IMG/VR virus record: IMGVR_UViG_3300017778_007387
Span: 1-29,480 of that record
DNA: 29,480 bases
DNA from: a virus
Taxonomy: Duplodnaviria; Caudoviricetes
Strand: one strand, 5' to 3'
Within the stretch, counting starts at the first letter, position 1; each line of letters begins with the position of its first letter. Of the stretch, positions 1-7,519 are shown piece after piece. The notes under the pieces were generated by a model. It did not search any database and was not told the origin of the DNA. It saw nothing but the letters and a program-made list of their open reading frames with translations. Position numbers and translations under genes: made by a program.

Positions 1-2
1 AA

Positions 3-2099
3 AAAGAAAAGGGCGCTCAAGATATAACTAATAATTTATCTGGTATAGTACAAACTGAATTATCTAGTCCTATTACCGGTACTATTATATCTTCTTTAAA
101 TACAAAGATAAAAAATGCCCTCCCTGCGGAGATTTCCAGACTTATAGACTTTAATAATATTGCAAACGTATTATCGCCTACACTAACCCCGTTAATTAAT
201 AAAAATTTAGATGTAGCGCTTAATAAGTTTACCACAGATGTTTACAGTACTAACAAGCCCCCGCGCTCCACGGTTGCTGATATATCTACACAGTTTGCAG
301 CAGCTGGTTCTTCTGATGTGGCACTTGAAAAAATCGACGAGTCTTTCGCCACCGCGACTACAGCCACTGCATTAGCTGAAGCTCAAAGTTTTGATATTAA
401 CAATACGGATAATCAAGATAAACTTACCGTACTTAAAAAAGGTTTTGTAGATCCAAGCGGCAATTACCCCACCAAGGAATATGCTGGTTTATCAGAGACT
501 AATAAACTTGCCCAGGGAGATGCCAGGGGTACTATTGTGCAAACCAAGAACGCAACCAGAATGCTGGGTGCTAAACTACCATTTGGTGAATCCTGGGATC
601 AACCAGAATCAGCTTTTAGAGGAGCATATCCCTATAACAAAGTAACTGAGACAGAATCAGGGCATACCATTGAGATGGATGATACCCCGGGATCGGAGCG
701 GCTTCATATCTATCATAAATCTGGTACATTTGTAGAGATAGATGCTAATGGCTCTATGGTAAGACGCATTGTAGGATCATCTTATGAAATTATAGATAGA
801 AATGGTAAAATTTCTATTTCTGGAAGCGCTGATATATCTATTAATGGTGCTTGTAATATTTTTGTGGGTAATGATGCTAATATTGAAGTTGACGGTGATG
901 TTAATCTTACATGTCATAATGATATAACTGCCCAGGCTGGGGGTACTCTAAACCTTTCTGCAACTAATGAGGTTAATATTACCGGGGGAAGCGTCAACGT
1001 ACAGGCTTATAATACCATGAATGTAGTGGCTAAGACTGCATTAAATTTACATGCAACCGAAAATATTAGTTTAAAGGCTAATACTAATGTATCCGTACAA
1101 GCTCTACAGGTATTAGACTTAACTGCCAACGCTGCTTTAAACGTACACGCTACAAAAAATATTAGTTTAAAAGCCAATGCAGATATTTTAGTTCAAGCGT
1201 TGGGTGGCCTTAAAAATCAAGCTGCAGGTGTAATTAGTAATAAAGCGGGTGGCGTTTATAGCGCTGATGGAAGCGCAGTGCACCTTAATTCTGGTAATTC
1301 CGTAAATGCAGAAGCTGTTTTAGCCGGGGTTGCAGTGTTAGCTGGTATTTCTAACATTGGAGTTTTATCAGGCCGAAAAGATCCTCCCCTCAACGTTACT
1401 ATTGACCCGCAGTCTATGACTTTGGCGGATAACAAATCTTTGTTACTGGAAGAAGCCACCCAGACCAAACAAGACCGCACCGAGCAAGACAACTTAATCA
1501 TTAGTCAAGGATTTGCCACCGCAGCTGATCTTAAAGAAGTACCGGTGGTGGGCGAGAGTAGTTCGGTATCATCAACTCAAAATATTGTCGTCACCCCAGA
1601 TGTTAAACTTAAGAAGGTAACTGAGTTGCCGGGTAACTATAATCTATCTCCTAATTTTACTTTGGAAATGCTTTCTTTTAAGGCAGCTGTTACCCGGGAT
1701 AAAGTTAGAGCCCATGGTACTTTAACTTATGGGGATATTGTTCTCAACCTACAAGCTTTGGCATTAAACGTATTAGAGCCAGTTAAGAAATTATACCCAA
1801 ATATGTTTGTTACCTCGGCTTTCCGAGACCCGGGTAATAAATCTAATGCTAAGACATCTCAGCACCCTCTGGGGCAGGGGGCCGACTTGCAATTTAAAGG
1901 TGCTTCGAAAAAAGAATATTATGATATTGCAGTTAAATTAGCCAAGGTAATTAAATACGATCAGTTTTTATTAGAATATTGTAACTATACCAACAACCCC
2001 TGGATTCATATATCTTATATAGATAAACAGAATAGAAATAAAGTCATGACATTCTTTAACCATAGCCGTCATTCTGATGGATTGACACAATTAGTATAA
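3..2099 (+). CDS. gp5: T4 gp5-like baseplate hub/central spike, 5'-truncated by the window, with a C-terminal M15-family Zn peptidase domain
   Basis: The frame is open from base 3 (KEKGAQDITNN...), so GTG 318 is internal. It has the gp5 motifs GFVDPSGNYP and YPYNKVTETESGHTIEMDDTPGSERLHIYHKSGT, then ~8-aa beta-helix repeats ending AVHLNSG. The tail reads LSPNFTL...TSAFR...SQHPLGQGADL...DQFLLEY...WIHISY (M15 H/D/H ligands). It lies upstream of PAAR and gp25. Confidence 0.9.
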   Translation, partial: KEKGAQDITNNLSGIVQTELSSPITGTIISSLNTKIKNALPAEISRLIDFNNIANVLSPTLTPLINKNLDVALNKFTTDVYSTNKPPRSTVADISTQFAAAGSSDVALEKIDESFATATTATALAEAQSFDINNTDNQDKLTVLKKGFVDPSGNYPTKEYAGLSETNKLAQGDARGTIVQTKNATRMLGAKLPFGESWDQPESAFRGAYPYNKVTETESGHTIEMDDTPGSERLHIYHKSGTFVEIDANGSMVRRIVGSSYEIIDRNGKISISGSADISINGACNIFVGNDANIEVDGDVNLTCHNDITAQAGGTLNLSATNEVNITGGSVNVQAYNTMNVVAKTALNLHATENISLKANTNVSVQALQVLDLTANAALNVHATKNISLKANADILVQALGGLKNQAAGVISNKAGGVYSADGSAVHLNSGNSVNAEAVLAGVAVLAGISNIGVLSGRKDPPLNVTIDPQSMTLADNKSLLLEEATQTKQDRTEQDNLIISQGFATAADLKEVPVVGESSSVSSTQNIVVTPDVKLKKVTELPGNYNLSPNFTLEMLSFKAAVTRDKVRAHGTLTYGDIVLNLQALALNVLEPVKKLYPNMFVTSAFRDPGNKSNAKTSQHPLGQGADLQFKGASKKEYYDIAVKLAKVIKYDQFLLEYCNYTNNPWIHISYIDKQNRNKVMTFFNHSRHSDGLTQLV

Positions 2100-2102
2100 A
2101 GA

Positions 2103-2699
2103 ATGGCCACAGTATCTAGAAGTCTCATTATAGCTGTATCTAATTTAGTTGGGTTTAGTGCTGTAAGTCCGGATCCGCTGGACATACTTACTCAGGAGGG
2201 GTTTGCTGATCTAGCAGCCAATACATATATTTCCAGCATATACCAGGGGGCGACTATTTCAGTAGATTTAGAGTTTAAAGTTCTATACATGGGCGCCCTG
2301 GATGTAGAGGAGGGCATACTCCCCGCTACCAGCGTTACTTCTAACTATGACTTTACTACTCATGGAATAACTGTTGCATCTATTAGTAGCAATATGTTAA
2401 GAATATCTGGAACTTACTCAAATGTTTTTAATGATGAGTATTATAATTTTGTTTTAAGAGACATGTCAACAATTCAACTCCCTGCAACTACCCAGGTAGA
2501 TTTTCTTGCGTTGATAGAGTACAATATGCCAAACCCTGTCACCATTGACCAGGAGTATACTTTTAGTGCGGTAGCCAGGACTGACTTTTCTTCTCCCACT
2601 CCCACCTCCTCCATATCTGGCCAAAAGAATCAATGGGTGGTTTGGAACTATGTTCCCACTGTCAATAGTATATTATCTCTGGTCGCTCAGGGGGTCTAA
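2103..2699 (+). CDS. Hypothetical virion-associated protein between gp5 and PAAR (the position T4 gp5.1 occupies)
   Basis: 198-aa ORF starting 3 nt after the gp5 stop, with a TAATG overlap into the PAAR gene. No motif recognised; the role is from synteny only. Confidence 0.6.
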   Translation: MATVSRSLIIAVSNLVGFSAVSPDPLDILTQEGFADLAANTYISSIYQGATISVDLEFKVLYMGALDVEEGILPATSVTSNYDFTTHGITVASISSNMLRISGTYSNVFNDEYYNFVLRDMSTIQLPATTQVDFLALIEYNMPNPVTIDQEYTFSAVARTDFSSPTPTSSISGQKNQWVVWNYVPTVNSILSLVAQGV

Positions 2700-3007
2700 T
2701 GCCAGCTGTATCAAGACAAGGCGATTCAGTTTTATCTCCGGATGGTTCTGGTTATAAATGCCAAATGCCTCTAGAAACTAGTGTTGGTCAGGTTAATTCT
2801 AACAGCGTTTATGCTAACGGTATATTGATAGTTGTGCAGGGCAATACGGTGTCTCCACATGCTAAATCCGGATGCTCGACAGATGACTCTACACTCAGTT
2901 CTTACTCCTCTGTTGTTTTTATAGGTGGTAAGGGTACCGGTAGAATAGGAGATGCATATGGTAATAACACAATCACCCAGGGGTCCCCTTCTGTATTTGC
3001 AAGTTAA
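2699..3007 (+). CDS. PAAR-like spike-tip protein (T4 gp5.4-like)
   Basis: MPAVSRQGD, VYANGILIVVQGN, VFIGGKGTGRIGD and C-terminal ITQGSPSVFA match three degenerate PAAR repeats. Located between gp5 and gp25. Confidence 0.85.
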   Translation: MPAVSRQGDSVLSPDGSGYKCQMPLETSVGQVNSNSVYANGILIVVQGNTVSPHAKSGCSTDDSTLSSYSSVVFIGGKGTGRIGDAYGNNTITQGSPSVFAS

Positions 3008-3021
3008 GGTTACCAACTGGG

Positions 3022-3029
3022 TATAAATA
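3022..3029 (+). promoter_or_regulatory. T4-type late promoter TATAAATA upstream of gp25
   Basis: Exact TATAAATA in the 27-nt intergenic gap, 5 nt before ATG 3035. Confidence 0.8.
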
Positions 3030-3034
3030 ATACT

Positions 3035-3427
3035 ATGGCACGAAGTACCCGAACCTATACTGATTTTAACCTTCTTTTTTCGCGTAATCCCATTTCTGGG
3101 GATGTGGCGGTGAAGTCGGATGAGGAGGCTGTAAAGTCGGCTATAAGAAATTTAATTTCTACCAGACATTATGAAAGACCCTTTCATTCTGAAATTGGAT
3201 GTCAAATACATGGTTTATTGTTTGAAAATTTTACCCCAGTCACCGTACAGTTAATTAAACGCTCTATCTTTGATGTTATTGAAAAATTCGAACCCAGAGC
3301 CACCGTACTTGATGTCAACGTGCGCGAAAGAGTAGATCTGAATCAAATCGATATGGAAATTATTTTTAGAGTAAATAATTCAGAAAAACCAATTACCCTA
3401 ACAACATTTGTCACCCGAGTACGATAA
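3035..3427 (+). CDS. gp25: Baseplate wedge subunit gp25
   Basis: YTDFNLLF, AVKSAIRNLIST, ERPFHSEIGCQIHGLLFE and IEKFEPRA are gp25/GPW signatures. Directly upstream of gp6. Confidence 0.95.
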   Translation: MARSTRTYTDFNLLFSRNPISGDVAVKSDEEAVKSAIRNLISTRHYERPFHSEIGCQIHGLLFENFTPVTVQLIKRSIFDVIEKFEPRATVLDVNVRERVDLNQIDMEIIFRVNNSEKPITLTTFVTRVR

Positions 3428-5277
3428 TGTCCCAATTAAGAATTGCAGAACTCGATTTTGACCAAATTAAGTCAAATTTAAAAACGTTTCTAACTGCTCA
3501 GACAAGCTTTACAGACTATGATTTTGAGGGCTCCAACCTTTCATCACTTCTCGATGTCTTAGCCTACAACACCCATTATAATGCCTATTTGGCAAATATG
3601 GTAATGAATGAGATGTTTTTAGATTCAGCTATTAAAAGATCATCAGCTGTTTCAATAGCAAAGCATCTGGGCTATACCCCCACCTCCGCGCGTGGTGCTG
3701 TGGCAGATATAGATGTGGTAGTTACCAGCCCCACTGGTCTGCCAACAAGTCTGACCATGGATCGCTATACTCAATTTACCACCATCATCGATGGTATCAC
3801 TTATACCTTTGCCACCACCGAGGATATGACCTCCCTACGAAGCGGGCTAACATATACATTTAGCGATGTAAGTGTGGTGGAGGGAACCATACAAAATTTT
3901 AATTATATAGTAGCCGACAACTCTACTGAAATTAAATATGTCCTACCCAGTGCATCGATTGATACCACAACCCTACAGGTATCTGTGCAGACCTCACCCT
4001 CAGATTTAACCACTACTATCTTTACTTTGGCTACCGATATTACCGGGCTAGATGGTACTTCTAACATATTCTTCCTGGAACAAAACAGCCAAGAAAAATA
4101 CGAAATAAATTTTGGTGATGGTATTATTGGAAAACAACTTACCAAGGGTAATATAGTTAAGCTACAATTTATAGTAACCTCTGGCGCGGTTGCTAACGTC
4201 TCGGGTACTACAGTACAATCCTTCACCGCTCTTACAAGCATAGGCGGGTCTGCATCAGTAGCTGTGACAGTTAACTCTAATTCTACCGGCGGGGCTGATG
4301 AGGAAACTATTACCTCTATAAAGTATAATGCCCCTAAAGTAAATGCTACCGGTAATAGATTGGTTACAGCCTCCGATTATGAAGCATTACTCACATCGCG
4401 TTATCCTAATTTTGAATCTATATCTGTATGGGGTGGAGAGGATAATGATCCCCCAATCTATGGTAAAGTTATTATATCGTTAAAACCATTTAATGGATTC
4501 ACGGTATCTGATACTACCAAAAACAATATCATAATTGACACCCTTAGAAGTAAAAAAGTACTGGCAATACAGCCCGAGTTTGTAGATCCTACCTACTACT
4601 ATGTAAACTTAACGGTTAATGCATCATATAACCCATCAATTACTAACCTGACCTCTACTGCTATTAAGAATCTAATTAGTAGCGCTATTACCATTTATTT
4701 TTCTACGAACCTGCAAAAATTTAATAAGTCGTATAATCAGACAAAATTAATTAGCAGCATTCTTCTCACAAGTCCTTCCATATTCAGCGTCAATGTAGTG
4801 GAAAAACTTCAAAGAAGATTGCCATTGGTATTAAATACTACAAATATCTTCACCACCGATACTTCTATAAAATTTAGAAACTCCATACAACCCGGTCAGT
4901 TGACGTCTAGTTATTTTTACATATTAAATAACACCGTCAGTACATTGGTAAAAATAACTGATCTGCCAGATAGCACGCCGCCAGATCTTAATGGCTCGGG
5001 TGTTTTAAGATTAGTTGACACTGTTAGTGGTCTTACCGTTAATGCAGGGGTGGGTACTGTTAATTATGCTACCGGGGTGGTAAGCATAACAGGTATAACA
5101 CCTAGTGGTTTTCCCACAGGTATTAGTGAGCTAAATTTGACTTGTGGTATACAGAACGTCGGTCAAAATTTAAGTGTTTCAAGAAATGAAATACTTGTTA
5201 TAGATGATAACACCCTTAATGCAACCGGGGGAACTATTGCTGGTGTTACGATTAATATGACTTCTTCTGTGCAGTAA
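3427..5277 (+). CDS. gp6: Baseplate wedge subunit gp6
   Basis: ELDFDQIKSNLKTFL, FTDYDFEGSNLSSLLDVLAYNTHYNAY, EMFLDSA, FGDGIIGK, GGADEE, RLVTASDY and VWGGED..PP.YGKV are gp6 signatures. Confidence 0.95.
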   Translation: MSQLRIAELDFDQIKSNLKTFLTAQTSFTDYDFEGSNLSSLLDVLAYNTHYNAYLANMVMNEMFLDSAIKRSSAVSIAKHLGYTPTSARGAVADIDVVVTSPTGLPTSLTMDRYTQFTTIIDGITYTFATTEDMTSLRSGLTYTFSDVSVVEGTIQNFNYIVADNSTEIKYVLPSASIDTTTLQVSVQTSPSDLTTTIFTLATDITGLDGTSNIFFLEQNSQEKYEINFGDGIIGKQLTKGNIVKLQFIVTSGAVANVSGTTVQSFTALTSIGGSASVAVTVNSNSTGGADEETITSIKYNAPKVNATGNRLVTASDYEALLTSRYPNFESISVWGGEDNDPPIYGKVIISLKPFNGFTVSDTTKNNIIIDTLRSKKVLAIQPEFVDPTYYYVNLTVNASYNPSITNLTSTAIKNLISSAITIYFSTNLQKFNKSYNQTKLISSILLTSPSIFSVNVVEKLQRRLPLVLNTTNIFTTDTSIKFRNSIQPGQLTSSYFYILNNTVSTLVKITDLPDSTPPDLNGSGVLRLVDTVSGLTVNAGVGTVNYATGVVSITGITPSGFPTGISELNLTCGIQNVGQNLSVSRNEILVIDDNTLNATGGTIAGVTINMTSSVQ

Positions 5278-6969
5278 ATGGCCACCACCCGAATAACGGA
5301 AAAAATATCAACGCTGGTAAGTAGCCAGTTACCGGAATTTGTTCGTTCAGATTTTACCACCTATGTTTCATTTGTTGAAGCTTATTATAGATTTCTAGAG
5401 CAAGATCAGGGTGCGTTAGAAATCGTACAGAATGCCAGATCATACAGTGATATAGATACAACCACTGAAGCATTTGTAAATTATTTCCTTGCCAACTATG
5501 CACAAAACATACCCCTGGGCGTACTGACAAATAAAAGATTACTGATTAAACGAATACGTGACCTGTACGAATCTAAGGGTTCGGAAATTTCGTTTAAACT
5601 TTTATTTCAATTATTATATAATGAGCCAGTAGAGGTTACTTATCCCTATGAGAACGTACTCCGAGCCTCTGATGGCGTATGGGTGCAAAAGACAACTATT
5701 CGGGTGGCTGTTTCAACTGGTAGTGTTGCTGATATTGTGGATCGCTATTTGGTTATGGAGAAGGATGGGCTTTTATATCATACCTCTATTATAGAGGTAA
5801 GACTACTTACCGCCAACCTTTATGAATTGTCTTTGGAACATAATGAGTTGGGACCCTACGAAATAGGAGATACTGTAACCGTAAGCAATGGTACTAGTAC
5901 CATCTTTACCGGCATAGTATCTGGTACCACCACAGGGTATTCTATTCTAGCAGCAGGCACTGGGTTTAAAGTTGCTCAAATATTAAATGTAAATGTGGGG
6001 GGTGCGGTAGGCGCACAGCTGCAGGTTCTGGCTGTGAACGGTTCTGGGGGCATTACTAAACTAAGAATATTAAGTTTTGGTTACAATTTTACCGATACAG
6101 TAGATGTTAACATAACATCCGCTGGTGCAGTAACCGTTTTATCACCTATTAAGAAATCTAGTACATTAGGGTTCGTAGAATCTTTTAGCATTTTAGGTTC
6201 ATATGGAGTGAGTGATGCTGGTCGCTATTTTGACACTGATTATAATACTGATTCACCACTCAACTATACAGCAAATACTTTAATAAGTACCATTGTAACT
6301 ACCACTGTTGCAGCTTCTGCGTCAGGAGCAACAGATCCTGCTATAGCTCTTATCAGGTTAACGGTAGGCGCTATTGGTAGAAACCCAGGTGCTTGGGCTT
6401 CTAATAAAGGATTCTTGTCAGATGATGTAATAAGAATACAAGCTGAAAAATTATACCAGCCTTTCGCCTATCAGGTGGAATCTACCCTGGAGCTATCCTA
6501 TTTTTATGATGTAGTTATTAAGCTAGTTCACCCAGCGGGTCAACAACTATTTAACAGTCGTGTACTCACCAACACCATTAATGCTACCGCTAATGTCAGC
6601 GTGGTAACTAGCTCTAATATATTTACCGAATTGCGCGATGTATTTGAAATTATAGAAACACTAACTAAAGAAATATACCTTTACCCAACCGATAATACCA
6701 TTGTACTTGAAAGCTCAGTATACAGTCTGTTCAAGCCGGTTGATGATGAAGCTACTATGCTAGAATCTAGTGCGTTTAATATGGGTAAAGCAGTTACTGA
6801 TGAAGCTACTACACTAGAATCTAGTACGTTTAATATGGGTCAAGCAGTTGCTGATGAAGCTACCATAATTGAATCAATTGCCGGTACTATTGCAGAGGGT
6901 CCTTATGATTTAGAAAGCTATTTCAGCGAGACCTATGTTGATAATCCTGTCACTGCTATTCCGTTCTAA
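5278..6969 (+). CDS. gp7: Baseplate wedge initiator, gp7-like
   Basis: ISTLVSSQLPEFVR, YYRFLE, LYESKGSEISFKLLFQLLYNE, LRASDGVW and YQPFAYQV...VHPAG match gp7-like proteins of T4-like phages. Immediately after gp6. Confidence 0.8.
   Translation: MATTRITEKISTLVSSQLPEFVRSDFTTYVSFVEAYYRFLEQDQGALEIVQNARSYSDIDTTTEAFVNYFLANYAQNIPLGVLTNKRLLIKRIRDLYESKGSEISFKLLFQLLYNEPVEVTYPYENVLRASDGVWVQKTTIRVAVSTGSVADIVDRYLVMEKDGLLYHTSIIEVRLLTANLYELSLEHNELGPYEIGDTVTVSNGTSTIFTGIVSGTTTGYSILAAGTGFKVAQILNVNVGGAVGAQLQVLAVNGSGGITKLRILSFGYNFTDTVDVNITSAGAVTVLSPIKKSSTLGFVESFSILGSYGVSDAGRYFDTDYNTDSPLNYTANTLISTIVTTTVAASASGATDPAIALIRLTVGAIGRNPGAWASNKGFLSDDVIRIQAEKLYQPFAYQVESTLELSYFYDVVIKLVHPAGQQLFNSRVLTNTINATANVSVVTSSNIFTELRDVFEIIETLTKEIYLYPTDNTIVLESSVYSLFKPVDDEATMLESSAFNMGKAVTDEATTLESSTFNMGQAVADEATIIESIAGTIAEGPYDLESYFSETYVDNPVTAIPF
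6733..6876 (+). repeat. 54-bp (18-aa) tandem repeat, ~2.7 copies, near the gp7 C-terminus
   Basis: KPVDDEATMLESSAFNMG / KAVTDEATTLESSTFNMG / QAVADEATIIES. The DNA core tgatgaagctac recurs every 54 bp. Confidence 0.85.
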
Positions 6970-7017
6970 TTATTTAAAAATTCCAAAAAAGTGATTTGCT
7001 ATAAAAACGTTTTAAAC

Positions 7018-7063
7018 GATAAATATAACATAATATAAATTTAATTATAATTTTCTTAAGGAG
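7018..7063 (+). promoter_or_regulatory. Probable late promoter(s) and Shine-Dalgarno site for ORF 7069
   Basis: AT-rich intergenic region with GATAAATA (7018-7025), TATAAATT (7034-7041) and AAGGAG (7058-7063). Confidence 0.55.
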
Positions 7064-7068
7064 AAAAT

Positions 7069-7518
7069 ATGTTTACTGAATCTGTTGCCCTTAAAGGCAA
7101 AGTTAATATTATTCATCTAGATCAATTTGGTAACACAAAAGATGAAAGAAATATAGAGAATTTAGTTGTAACTGCTGGTAAGACTGTTATTGCGTCTAGA
7201 ATGGCGGGTAATACCTCTGCTCTTATGTCTAGAATGGGTGTTGGTACTAATAATACAGCCGCCGTTATTGGGGATACCTCTCTGGGCGCGGCAATTGCAG
7301 CAGGGAATGTTGTTCTAGATTCAACCACCGCCTCAACTAATACCATCACCTATGTTGCTACGTTCCCCGCTGGTACCGGGACAGGGGCTATTGTAGAGGC
7401 AGGCATCTTTAATGGATTCCCTGGTGTAGGGTCTATGCTATGCCGTACAGTATTTCCGGTGGTTACCAAAGGTGCTGGCGACGTTATTGTTATTACATGG
7501 GTGGTGAGTATATCATAA
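7069..7518 (+). CDS. Small structural protein, possibly a fibre-attachment (tail-collar/DUF3751-like) domain
   Basis: 149 aa with a strong SD. NLVVTAGK, MGVGT, FPAGTGTGAIVEAGIFN and MLCRTVFPVVTKG resemble tail-fibre N-terminal attachment domains. Sits between gp7 and gp8. Confidence 0.55.
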   Translation: MFTESVALKGKVNIIHLDQFGNTKDERNIENLVVTAGKTVIASRMAGNTSALMSRMGVGTNNTAAVIGDTSLGAAIAAGNVVLDSTTASTNTITYVATFPAGTGTGAIVEAGIFNGFPGVGSMLCRTVFPVVTKGAGDVIVITWVVSIS

Positions 7519-7519
7519 T

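Noticed and set aside
318-320. GTG 318 as the gp5 start
   Set aside because: The frame is open to the window start and the gp5 N-terminal domain is missing, so the true start is upstream.
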